64,000 nucleotides of DNA, taken from NCBI RefSeq assembly GCF_006345805.1, contig NC_043015.1, forward strand, positions 30,690,001-30,754,000. Direction: 5' to 3'. The stretch comes from Octopus sinensis (lineage: Eukaryota). The stretch's first letter is position 1. Each line of letters starts with the position of its first letter. Shown piece after piece: positions 55,523 to 64,000 of the stretch. The notes beneath the pieces are model-generated. The model was not told the DNA's origin. It saw nothing but the letters and a program-made list of their open reading frames with translations, and searched no databases. A program made the position numbers and the translations under genes.

Positions 55523-58500
55523 ATGTGTTTGTGTGTCTGTGTTTGTCCCCCTAGCATTGCTTGACAACCGATGCTGGTGTGTTTATGTCCCCGTCACTTA
55601 GCGGTTCGGCAAAAGAGACCGATAGAATAAGTACTGGGCTTACAAAGAATAAGTCCCGGGGTCGATTTGCTCGACTAAAGGCGGTGCTCCAGCATAGCCG
55701 CAGTCAAATGATTGAAACAAGTAAAAGAGTAAATAAACATTATGTTTGATAAAGTAATCTGAATACTAAAGGGCTAAATTAGCATTGATACTTCTGCAGG
55801 TGAAGGTGCATGGCTTAGTGGTTAGAGTATTCAGCTCACAACCGTAAATCAGGAGTTCAATTCCCAGTGACGTGTTGTGTCCTTGATCAAGACATTTTAT
55901 TTCGTGTTGCTTCAGCAGAGTCCACTCAACTGGTAAAAATGAGTAGTACCTGTATTTCAAAGGGCCAGCCTTGTCACACTCTGTGTCACACTGAATCTCC
56001 CTGAGAACTACATTAAGGATATACATGTCTGTGGAGTGCTCAGCCACTTTCATATTAATTTCGTGAGTAAGCTGTTCCGTTGATCGGATCAACTGGAACC
56101 CTCGTCGTCGTAAACAATGGACTACTGTATACTTCAGTAACTCTGCTTTTTTCTAGGTAGGAGTGTTGGCCCTATGCGAACACATTTTTGCCTCTGGGAA
56201 GAAGTAGTCCATATTAGTCGGCGGTGGTGGCGGCAGCGGCGGCAGTACAGACTTCGTTTGATGGAGATTATTATGAAGAGATTAATTACGGTGGTAGTAG
56301 CAGGGGTGGTGGTCATGGTGGTTGGCAGTGGTAATGATGATGATAGTGATGATGAGTATAACAACAGAGGTAGTTATGCAGTGGGCTGGTGGGGGGGGGT
56401 AAAAATTTTGTTTGTAATAAATTGAAAATAGCTTGAATCCGTTAATTAAATGTCTTTTCTTTTTTGCATTTGCCTCACAGGTGGTCTTTTAGGTCTTGGA
56501 GAATTTGGTGAAGTAGTGAAAGGAACTTTAACTATTCATGATGGCAAAAAAAGTAAAAAGGTAAAATAAATCCATTCCTGTATTTCGCTTTTTGAGATTA
56601 TAATCATTCTACATTGCTAATCCATTTCAGAAATTCCAAGGATTTTTCAATTTTGGTCTCCCCCACCACAACCACCACTCCCACCCCACCATACTTGCAG
56701 CAGGTGCTTTTATAGAGTTGAGTAGATTAACTCATTTGATACCAACCAACCCAAGTTCAATGATACAAACTTCCTGTGTGAAAGGAGTCTAAAAACTTTC
56801 CATGAAAGCTTACTAATACAAAGAAGGGCTCTCTTGTTCAGGGGTGAGCTTGCTAATTAAGCAGAGGGCTTTCTAATTCAGAAGAAGGTTTGCTTGCTAG
56901 CTCAGATGTTCCTACAACTTAACGAGTTATGAAACTCATTTTTCTCTCTGGAAAAAAATAAGTTTATCCACTATCATTATAATTATTAGTCTGTGGAGGC
57001 GCAATGGCCCAGTGGTTAGGGCAGCGGACTCGCAGTCATAGGATCGCGGTTTCGATTCCCAGACCGGGCGTTGTGAGTGTTTATTGAACGAAAACACCTA
57101 AAGCTCCACGAGGCTCCGGCAGGGGATGGTGGTGATCCCTGCTGTACTCTTTCACCACAACTTTCTCTCACTCTTACTTCCTGTTTCTGTTGTACCTGTA
57201 TTTCAAAGGGCCGGCCATGTCACGCTGAATATCCCCGAGAACTACGTTAAGGGTACACGTGTCTGTGGAGTGCTCAGCCACTTACACGTTAATTTCACGA
57301 GCAGGCTGTTCCGTTGATTTGGATCAACCGGAACCCTCGTCGTCGTAACCGACGGAGTGCTTCCAATTATTAGTCTGTCATGAATGAGCCATCTTTTACT
57401 AAAGACCAAGCAATGAGGATTCATCAAAAAATACTCTTGTATTTTAAAAAATATTTGTGGGAGTAAAACATCCTGAGCAAACAATGTCAAGGGCACTGGT
57501 TCACCTTGTCTCGATTAGACCAAACACGTTTTAGGTTGGTCACACTTTTTGTTTAAAAAACCATTCCCTCTAAAACATTGCTATTTTACTTAACAAACCA
57601 GTTTTTGTTGGTATATTAGCTAACACATTGTTACTAAATTAGCACACAAAATTATTCGCATTTTTCAAATAAGGCTATATGTATTTGCATAAGTTTCGAT
57701 TCCTTCTATCTGTTTGGTTGACAACAAACACAACCAATTCTAATGAACTTTACTTCCCATGACCTTTATAGGTTTTTGTTCAATGAATGGATAATACAAC
57801 CTTTCATGGTATGAACCAGAAAACCATGCATCATTTATAGCTCTTTGTGTATTATACGTGTAGGAGAGCGTTATTGAGGTCAACTTTGCATTTTATCCTT
57901 CCAAGGTTGACTCCATTTAATTGACTATAAATTCCTTTAAAAATATGCGATTCCATACTAATAATAGCAATCAATAATTTGATAGAGAGACAAATATAAA
58001 GAGAAGCAGGTAAATTGTCAAACAGGTTTATAGATATACAGACAGATAGATATAGCACAGTGGTTGTGAAGTTAGAGGCTGAAATAATAAAATCACAAAA
58101 ACATTTTGATAAAATCCTACTTTCTCTTTTCTGTATTTTAAATTTCTGTTTTTATATTATTTTTAGATAACAGTTGCTTTGAAAACCTTTAATAATAATG
58201 TTGTGAACAGCACTTCAGACTTCTGTCGAGAAGCAAAGATTATGATGAACTTGGACCATATATGTATCACCAAACTAATCGGTCTCTGTCAGATGCCTTT
58301 GATGCTGGTAGGTGGCAGCACCGTTTTCGCTTTTTTATGTATTGTTTTATGTTACACTACTGCAAACTGTCATATTCCCTCACCAATCCAGTTAAACTGA
58401 GATTTATAAGGGGTATTCCACACCCTTTATAAATTTTGAGGTACTTACTCTTTTACTTGTTTCAGTCATTTGACTGCGGCCATGCTGGAGCACCGCCTTT

Positions 58501-60804
58501 AATCGAGCAACTCGACCCCGGGACTTATTCTTTTGTAAGCCCAGTACTTATTCTATTGGTCTCTTTTGCCAAACCGCTAAGTAACGGGGACATAAACACA
58601 CCAGCATTGGCTGTGAAGCAATGCTAGGGGGACAAACACAGACACACAAACACACACACACATACATACATATATACATATATACGACGGGCTTCTTTCA
58701 GTTTCCGTCTACCAAATCAACTCACAAGGCTATAGTAGAAGACACTTGCCCAAGGTGCCACGCAGTGAGACTGAACCCGGAACTATGTGGTTGGTAGACA
58801 AGCTACTTACCACACAGCCACTCCTGCGCCTTAGTTTATATCTCTTTACAATCTGAGTTCAAATCCTGCCAGAACAACTTTATTTTACTTCTTTTCATTT
58901 CAGGGTTGATAAAATAAGAACCAGTCATGAGTACTAATGTTGATACAATCCACTGTACTCTTCGACAAAATTTGAATCCTTTTGTTTACATCTGAAATTA
59001 TCATCGTCCTCATTTTAATTCAGGCTTTGTTGGAACTCCTGGGGTCTTGCATGCTTAGCAATCTTGCTACATGCAGCCTACATCATCATCATTGTTCGAC
59101 CATGGTCGAGACAATGGAATTTACTATGCTACGCCAGACTTCACGGTCTGTCATAGCATTACGGAGGTCCTGTTGCTGGATACTTGTATCCCTGGAGATT
59201 ACATCAGGATAGGAGAGTGTGCACCCTCTGGTATTATGAGCAGATGGCTTCCAGAGGAGAAGAGTAGAAATTACCTCGTTTTCAGCTCTACAACAATGTC
59301 CAGCAAACTGGGCTCTTCTACCTTTCACAAGAGATGACACAGGTGGTACCATGCTATCTGTTCTTTTCAACTACCTAATGCTTTTCTGATGATTCTGGCC
59401 ATGCCAAGGAGGTAAACCTTTTGTAACAGTTCTACTGGGCACTCTATTCCCATTTCCTTTATGTTTTTGGTGCCTTCTGATACTGTCCCCAAGGACCCAA
59501 GAATACTTGGCACTATCTTCACCTCAGCTTTTTGAACAAAGAAGCAACAGTGTTACCTGAACAGTTGAAAGTGGCCTAAATAATGTATGGAACCATATTT
59601 CTATTATCGATGGGAATAAGATATTTGGGAATGTACATCTAGTTTTCAAAGTTAGAAACATTATTATTATAAAGGTGAAGGTGGCATTTTTGTCCATCTG
59701 TACATTCTGAATTCAAATTATGCCAAGGACAACTTTACCTTTCTTCCTTTTGAGATCAGTAAAGTAAGTCCCAGTTGAGCACTAGGGTCAATGTAATCAA
59801 CTTATCCCCTCCCCCAAAATTGCTGGCTTTGTGCTAAAATTTGAAACCGTTATTATTATAAAGGTTGTGGATTCACAGATTTGTTAGTGTTGAGTAAAAT
59901 GCCTTGTAATACTTCTTCCAGCTCTTTGTGTTCTGAGTTCAAATTCCTCCTAAGACAATTTCTGATTTTCGTCCTTTTGAAATCAATAAAATAAAGTACC
60001 AGTCATGTACTGGTGTTGATGCTATTTACTAACCTTCTCCTGTCAAAATAGCTGGCCATGTGATAAATTATAAGGCATGGCTGCATGGTAAGAAACTTGC
60101 TTCCCAACCACATAGTTCTGGGTTCAGTCCCCCTGCGCAGCACCTTCGACAAGTGCCTTCTACTATAGCTTCAGGCCAACCAAAGCTTTGTAGGTAGATT
60201 TGGTAGAAGAAAATTGAAAGAAACCTTCCATATACATATATGTGTGACTTTGTATCTCTGTCTCTCACCACTGCTTGACAACTGGTGTTGGTGTGTTTAC
60301 ATCACCGTAACTTAGCAGTTCAACAAATGAGTCTGATTGAATAAGTACTAGGCTTAACAAAATAAGTCGTGAGGTCAATTTGTTCGCCTAAAACCCTTCA
60401 AAGCAGTGCTCCAGCATGGCTGCTGTCAAATGACTGAAACCAGTAAAAGATAAAAACTGAAAGATATCAGAATTCCATATTTGACCAACACCAAAGATAT
60501 GTATATATATATATATATGTATGTTTTTTTTTTAAACTTTTAGGTTGAAGAATTTGTCCCGAAAGGATCAATGCTAGACTTTCTCTTGGATTACCCTTCA
60601 AAAGTTGATGCAAAAGTAGAACTGATTTTATGGGCATCTCAAATTGCTTTTGGAATGGTTTATCTGGAATCAAAGAAAATGGTGCATCGAGATTTGGCAG
60701 CAAGAAATATCCTCTTAGAGTCTAAAAAACAGGTGACTATCAATTGAGTCTTCTGTCAGCATCTGGAATTTGTGTTGCTGTTGTTATTATTATTATTATT
60801 ATTA

Positions 60805-60896
<92 letters not shown>

Positions 60897-60915
60897 GTTA
60901 TTATTATTATTATTA

Positions 60916-60946
<31 letters not shown>

Positions 60947-62055
60947 CTCTTAAAGCCAATTTTGTTGTTGTTTAACCCCCAGTTTATACACCCCTAATCA
61001 CTCAATCTTCATTTTAGGTTTAGTATAGGTTTTTAACACAATTTTTTTCTTCAAACTGGCATTGGTTGTACAAGACTTCTTGAGACAGCAGTATATATAT
61101 ATATATAACCGGATGTCCTTCCTGCCAACCATTACTGATTTTTAAAATAAGATACCGTAAATCCTCGAGTATAGTCCGCCCTTGAGTATAATACACAGGG
61201 GATTTTTAGGGGGCTGTACCTCTGAAAAACCTAAACTTTGTGTATAATACATGCTCCTTCTCTAACTTGAGTCAAGGAGGTCTATATAACATCCTTGGTT
61301 TGTAAAAATGCATACAGTAACGTCCTTTATTATTATTGTATATATAATGCAAATGTAGCTTTTTTGTGCATTTTGTTTGCAGAAAATAAAGAAATAACAG
61401 CAATAACTGTTAATAAATGTTGCTTACTGCAAGTTATGGATGATTCTTTTATGACTTCATTGCTTTCAGGCTTAGCTTAAGGTATTTTTGCGCCTGACAT
61501 CACAAAATGCGTCTGAATAAACATTGCTGGACAGCAAATAGAGACTTGGACATTGCTTAGAAAATAATTTTTATTTTTAACCTCGTATATAGTACACACT
61601 AGGGATTTTGACCTTTAAATTTTGGGAAAAAAATGTGGATTATACTCGAGGATTTACAGTACATTATTCTGCATCTTCACATGTGAAAAAAACTGCTGGA
61701 CATTTTGTTTGTGGGAAATATAAAGAACATCACCCCAAGACAATGTCAGTGTGAAGATATGTGGATACACACATGCACACACACACATCATCATCATCAT
61801 TTTAACATCCATTTTTACATGCTCTGGGACTAAACAACAACAACAAAATAAACAGTGTCTCATTTGAAGTTGTTATTACTGTACATACATCATTTAATGA
61901 TATTAAAAATCATCCTTTATTATTCATCAGGTTTTTCTTTGAGGTTTTTTTTTTTCCACTCCACAGATTAAAATAAGTGATTTTGGATTATCTCGAGCTG
62001 TTGGGGAGAACCAATATTATCGTGCCACCACTGGAGGAAAATGGCCTATCAAATG
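10174..62055 (+). CDS. shark: SHARK/HTK16-like SH2-ankyrin-SH2 tyrosine kinase (Syk family), partial spliced gene, 16 exons
   Basis: All 16 exons have AG/GT borders and join in frame. Domain order is SH2 (FLLRES), 5 ankyrin repeats ([39 protein letters not shown]), SH2 (WLHP..FLIRRS..YIDNGP..DGLP) and kinase ([30 protein letters not shown]). This architecture is diagnostic of Drosophila Shark and Hydra HTK16. The model is incomplete at both ends. Confidence 0.93.
11980..12200 (+). mobile_element. SINE, family AAGGCGGCGAGCTGGCAG; representative copy
   Basis: Flanked by duplicated CATAACGAAATTTGAACA. Other copies at ~25695-25923(-), 33959-34178(-, TSD TTTCTCTTTAAATACCT), 42390-42610(+) and 45308-45520(+). 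Confidence 0.85.
12555..13290. repeat. minisatellite: 57-bp conserved block plus variable (GT)n, 6 copies
   Basis: GAGTCTATCATCATTTTT(A/G)CATCCAC.. at 12555, 12693, 12826, 12944, 13064 and 13188. Confidence 0.9.
13820..14292. repeat. compound (CTAT)n/(CTGT)n microsatellite
   Basis: Direct inspection. Confidence 0.9.
15040..15183 (+). CDS. shark: exon: end of N-SH2 and start of ankyrin 1
   Basis: caatag| ... GATC|gtaagt, phase 1-1; [47 protein letters not shown] (matches Shark TNLLHRA). Confidence 0.9.
16440..16750 (+). mobile_element. old Penelope-like GIY-YIG remnant
   Basis: Frame-broken peptides [26 protein letters not shown] and [16 protein letters not shown] resemble the PLE EN YIGxT..FK.RY and W.I motifs. 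Confidence 0.55.
16991..17062 (+). CDS. shark: exon: ankyrin 1, second half
   Basis: ctccag| ... GATG|gtaagt, phase 1-1; [24 protein letters not shown]. Confidence 0.85.
17480..17662 (-). mobile_element. short microsatellite-flanked repeat with hammerhead-like motif
   Basis: Copies at ~33028-33195 and ~41530-41710. Related, oppositely oriented copies at ~42147-42270 and ~45130-45250. Confidence 0.7.
18074..20115. repeat. 64-bp AT-rich tandem satellite, about 32 copies
   Basis: Unit AATACAAAACTACATTAAAATTTGATAATTACATATATAACACG(A/T)GTGTATATGATACATATAT; starts at 18074 and 18138 give the period. Confidence 0.95.
20320..20700 (-). mobile_element. mariner (Hsmar1/SETMAR-like) transposase N-terminal fragment
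   Basis: [52 protein letters not shown] (HTH region plus WVPHEL motif). No catalytic domain. Confidence 0.9.
21529..21644 (+). CDS. shark: exon: ankyrin 2 and start of ankyrin 3
   Basis: cttcag| ... TCAA|gtgagt, phase 1-0; [38 protein letters not shown]. Confidence 0.92.
22060..22745 (-). mobile_element. retroposon with (ATG)n tail and internal tandem sub-repeats; representative copy
   Basis: CATCATCGTTTAACGTCCG..CAGCTGGATGCCCTTCC..AACCACTCCGAGAGTG. Related copies at ~2240-2610, 11270-11960, 24180-24620, 35050-35290 and 48700-49260. Confidence 0.75.
23377..23577. mobile_element. hAT-type MITE
   Basis: TIR CAGTGCTTTTCAA / TTGAAAACCACTG and perfect 8-bp TSD GTCTAATC. Confidence 0.88.
25609..26078. 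mobile_element. piggyBac-like MITE with nested SINE
   Basis: TTAA|CTCTTTCG ... AAAAGGG|TTAA. SINE at ~25695-25923 is flanked by duplicated TTGAATTAAAATCTTCC. Confidence 0.7.
28611..28701 (-). ncRNA. type I hammerhead ribozyme motif (sense to Penelope-like element)
   Basis: Reverse complement of 31513-31603. Confidence 0.82.
30150..30717 (-). CDS. GIY-YIG endonuclease domain of Penelope-like element (no start codon, truncated by the inverted arm)
   Basis: [48 protein letters not shown]. The GIY/YIG-equivalent motifs (VIY..YIG) and flanking Cys/His match the PLE EN pattern. Confidence 0.85.
31513..31603 (+). ncRNA. type I hammerhead ribozyme motif (sense to host pre-mRNA)
   Basis: TTTTAG-CTGATGA-GTACGGGAC..41 nt..GTCCTTGTAT-GAAA-CGATCG-TA^CTAAAA. 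Stem I is 6 bp, the core is intact, stem III is the palindrome ACGATCGT, and predicted cleavage is after 31597. Confidence 0.82.
32741..32881 (+). CDS. shark: exon: ankyrin 3-4
   Basis: atttag| ... ACAG|gtacgt, phase 0-0; [47 protein letters not shown]. Confidence 0.92.
34255..34360 (+). CDS. shark: exon: ankyrin 4-5
   Basis: tttcag| ... TTTG|gtaact, phase 0-1; [35 protein letters not shown]. Confidence 0.88.
36843..36910 (+). CDS. shark: exon: linker and start of C-SH2
   Basis: tcacag| ... ACAA|gtaagc, phase 1-0; [22 protein letters not shown]. Confidence 0.88.
37363..37740 (-). mobile_element. non-autonomous Helitron, second family
   Basis: Minus strand runs A|TCTCTCTATATATAAAC ... hairpin ... 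CTAG|T. Homologous to 9327-9675. Confidence 0.7.
38332..38531. mobile_element. piggyBac-like MITE inserted in a SINE
   Basis: TTAA|CCCTTTAG ... CTAAAGGG|TTAA; the host SINE resumes after it. Confidence 0.8.
39302..39436 (+). CDS. shark: exon: C-SH2 core
   Basis: atgaag| ... CTGT|gtaagt, phase 0-0; [45 protein letters not shown]. Confidence 0.88.
44161..44705 (+). mobile_element. 3' fragment of the same Penelope-like family
   Basis: Homologous to the reverse complement of ~28461-29000. Ends at the same terminus (..CTTTATTGCTTTTTG) followed by (TA)n. Confidence 0.85.
44473..44563 (+). ncRNA. type I hammerhead ribozyme motif, diverged third copy
   Basis: Same core and stems; stem III reads CGATTG instead of CGATCG. 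Confidence 0.75.
47352..47481 (+). CDS. shark: exon: end of C-SH2
   Basis: ttacag| ... GTAG|gtaagt, phase 0-1; [43 protein letters not shown]. Confidence 0.92.
47927..48210 (-). mobile_element. CR1-like family A 3' end, internally deleted
   Basis: Homologous to 5161-5385 joined to 5647-5700. Confidence 0.7.
48430..48495 (+). CDS. shark: exon: SH2-kinase linker with YEIP motif (symmetric, skippable)
   Basis: ttacag| ... CTAG|gtaaac, phase 1-1; [21 protein letters not shown]. No domain homology supports it, only splice signals and frame. Confidence 0.65.
49720..49778 (+). CDS. shark: exon: proline-rich linker
   Basis: ttacag| ... TCCA|gtaagt, phase 1-0; [19 protein letters not shown]. Confidence 0.8.
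51117..51502 (+). mobile_element. non-autonomous Helitron
   Basis: A|TC 5' end, subterminal hairpin GCCCG-AGCAACGC-CGGGC, CTAG|T 3' end. Confidence 0.8.
51634..53379 (-). mobile_element. hAT (Ac-like) transposon, internally deleted
   Basis: Termini TAGGGCTCG / CGAGGCCTA. 8-bp TSD GTAAATAC/GTAAATAG. Transposase remnant [27 protein letters not shown] on the minus strand, frameshifted. Confidence 0.85.
53783..53861 (+). CDS. shark: exon: proline-rich linker to kinase start
   Basis: attcag| ... AAAG|gtcagt, phase 0-1; [26 protein letters not shown]. Confidence 0.82.
53932..54151. mobile_element. piggyBac-like MITE, same family
   Basis: TTAA|CCCTTTAG ... CTAAAGGG|TTAA; internal sequence similar to 38332-38531. 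Confidence 0.8.
55288..55735 (+). mobile_element. abundant SINE with internal (TA/TG)n; representative copy
   Basis: GGCGCAGGAGTGGCTGTGTGGTAAG..GGTTCAGTCCC head and ..CAGCATGGCC..AAAAGA tail. Other copies at ~1481-1985(+), 6961-7352(+), 14555-14956(-), 27135-27541(-), 34515-34908(-), 38035-38330(+), 39497-39920(-), 46790-47105(-), 50062-50461(+, two heads), 58445-58830(-) and 60075-60455(+). Confidence 0.85.
56481..56560 (+). CDS. shark: exon: kinase Gly-rich loop
   Basis: tcacag| ... AAAG|gtaaaa, phase 1-0; [26 protein letters not shown]. Confidence 0.92.
56995..57364 (+). mobile_element. full-length tRNA-derived SINE
   Basis: tRNA-like head (TGGCCCAGTGG A box, GTTTCGATTCC B box) and 14-bp TSD AATTATTAGTCTGT. 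Confidence 0.88.
58167..58307 (+). CDS. shark: exon: kinase subdomains II-IV
   Basis: ttttag| ... GCTG|gtaggt, phase 0-0; [47 protein letters not shown]. Confidence 0.93.
59050..59560 (-). mobile_element. RTE-type LINE 3' end
   Basis: [42 protein letters not shown], followed by an ATG-repeat tail. Confidence 0.8.
60544..60732 (+). CDS. shark: exon: kinase subdomains V-VIb
   Basis: ttttag| ... ACAG|gtgact, phase 0-0; [63 protein letters not shown]. Confidence 0.95.
60778..60946. repeat. (TTA)n microsatellite
   Basis: Direct inspection. Confidence 0.95.
61155..61659. mobile_element. Tc1/mariner (pogo-like) MITE
   Basis: TIR CCGTAAATCCTCGAGTATA / TATACTCGAGGATTTACAG, flanked by TA. Confidence 0.82.
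61967..62055 (+). CDS. shark: exon: DFG and activation loop
   Basis: ccacag| ... AATG|gtactg, phase 0-2; [30 protein letters not shown], with the twin-Tyr loop typical of Syk/ZAP70/Shark. Confidence 0.95.
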
Positions 62056-62159
62056 GTACTGTTCATTTTACTTTGTCTATTTATTTTTCTGAAATTACAC
62101 ATATTTCTTTTGTCTTTATTTATCACATGTAATATGCAAAATAACTCAACTGCACTTGC

Positions 62160-63805
62160 AGTTCATCATCATCATCATCATGGTCATCATGATCATCATG
62201 ATCATCATCATGGTCATCAACATCATCATGGTCATCATCATCATGGTCATCATCATCATCATCATGGTATTCAACATCATCATGGTCATCATCATCATCA
62301 TGGTCATCATCATCATCGTCATCATCATGGTATTCAACATCATCATGGTCATCATCATCATCATCGTCATCATCACCATGGTCATCATCATCACCATGGT
62401 CATCATCATCATCATGGTCATCATCATCACCATGGTCATCATCATCACCATGGTCATCATCATCATGGTCATCATCATCACCATGGTCATCATCATCATC
62501 ATGGTCATCATCATCACCATGGTCATCATCATCATCATGGTCATCATCATCATCATGGTCATCATCATCACCATGGTCATCATCATCATCATGGTCATCA
62601 TCATCACCATGGTCATCATCACCATGGTCATCATCATCACCATGGTCATCATCATCACCATGGTCATCATCATCATCATGGTCATCATCACCATGGTCAT
62701 CATCATCACCATGGTCATCATCATCATCATGGTCATCATCACCATGGTCATCATCATCACCATGGTCATCATCATCATCATGGTCATCATCATCATCATG
62801 GTCATCATCATCATGGTCATCATCATCACCATGGTCGTCATCATCATCATCATCATCATGGTCATCATCATCATCATGGTCATCATCATCACCATGGTCG
62901 TCATCATCATCATCATCATCATGGTCATCATCATCACCATGGTCATCATCATCATCATGGTCATCATCACCATGGTCATCATCATCACCATGGTCATCAT
63001 CATCATCATGGTCATCATCATCATCATGGTCATCATCATCATGGTCATCATCATCACCATGGTCGTCATCATCATCATCATCATCATGGTCATCATCATC
63101 ATCATGGTCATCATCATCATCATGGTCATCATCATCACCATGGTCATCATCATCATCATGGTCATCATCACCATGGTCATCATCATCACCATGGTCATCA
63201 TCATCATCATGGTCATCATCACCATGGTCATCATCATCACCATGGTCATCATCATCATCATGGTCATCATCATCATCATGGTCATCATCATCATGGTCAT
63301 CATCATCATCATTGTCATCATCATCACAATGGTCATCATCATCACCATGGTCATCATCATCATCATCATCATCATGGTCATCATCATCATCATGGTCATC
63401 ATCATCATCATGGTCATCATCATCATCATGGTCATCATCATCACCATGGTCATCATCATCATCATGGTCATCATCACCATGGTCATCATCATCACCATGG
63501 TCATCATCATCATCATGGTCATCATCACCATGGTCATCATCATCACCATGGTCATCATCATCATCATGGTCATCATCATCATCATGGTCATCATCATCAT
63601 GGTCATCATCATCATCATTGTCATCATCATCACAATGGTCATCATCATCACCATGGTCATCATCATCATCATCATCATCATGGTCATCATCATCATCATG
63701 GTCATCATCATCATGGTCATCATCATCATCATTGTCATCATCATCACAATGGTCATCATCATCACCATGGTCATCATCATCATCATGGTCATCATCATCG
63801 TCATT
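62160..63805. repeat. CAT-derived 12/15-bp satellite (CATCATCATCA[TC]CATGGT variants)
   Basis: Visible periodic array in the intron after the activation-loop exon. Confidence 0.95.
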
Positions 63806-64000
63806 GTTGTTGTCAATTATTCCTCCATACTAGCTGGGTTAAATAGGATGACTTTCTGAGGCTGTATTTTACATCAGGCAGCTAGATACCCTTCATAATG
63901 CCAACTCTTTTAGTTACTTTTCACAACACACACGGGTATAAGGTATAAGGGTATCTGTTCTAAAAGTTGGGACACACATAATTATAATAGGAATTTCATT

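Noticed and set aside
56159-56230. Exon candidate after ttttctag
   Set aside because: No kinase or linker similarity and no suitable donor; 53861 joins 56481 in frame.
56995-57075. tRNA gene (also ~40310-40385, ~55800-55870 and ~610-687)
   Set aside because: These are tRNA-like heads continuous with SINE bodies; one has a TSD.
59027-59100. Kinase exon candidate [11 protein letters not shown]
   Set aside because: It is the antisense end of an RTE LINE. The true next exon is 60544-60732.
62041-63846. 601-aa His/Gly-rich ORF and overlapping 556/567-aa ORFs as protein genes
   Set aside because: They arise from a stop-free CAT satellite in an intron and are open on both strands. The ATG is out of frame inside a kinase exon.

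Overview
This is AT-rich, microsatellite- and SINE-dense eukaryotic DNA. The repeat families look like those of Octopus or another coleoid cephalopod (recognised from memory, not searched). Most of the window is one + strand gene encoding a SHARK/HTK16-type Syk-family tyrosine kinase (SH2 - 5 ankyrin repeats - SH2 - Pro-rich linker - kinase). I reconstructed 16 phase-compatible GT-AG exons by hand between 10174 and 62055 (1783 nt). The start of the N-SH2 was not located, and the kinase C-lobe exons were not found in the window. The introns hold SINEs, RTE and CR1 LINE fragments, mariner, hAT and piggyBac-like elements, Helitrons, satellites and a U6 retrocopy. The most striking structure is a young Penelope-like retroelement (28461-31633). 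It has an uninterrupted GIY-YIG endonuclease frame between ~920-bp inverted arms, and each arm carries a type I hammerhead ribozyme motif. A third hammerhead copy sits at the junction of a 2.1-2.4 kb tandem duplication. A separate short microsatellite-flanked family carries a variant hammerhead-like core. All alignments, folds and translations were done by eye.
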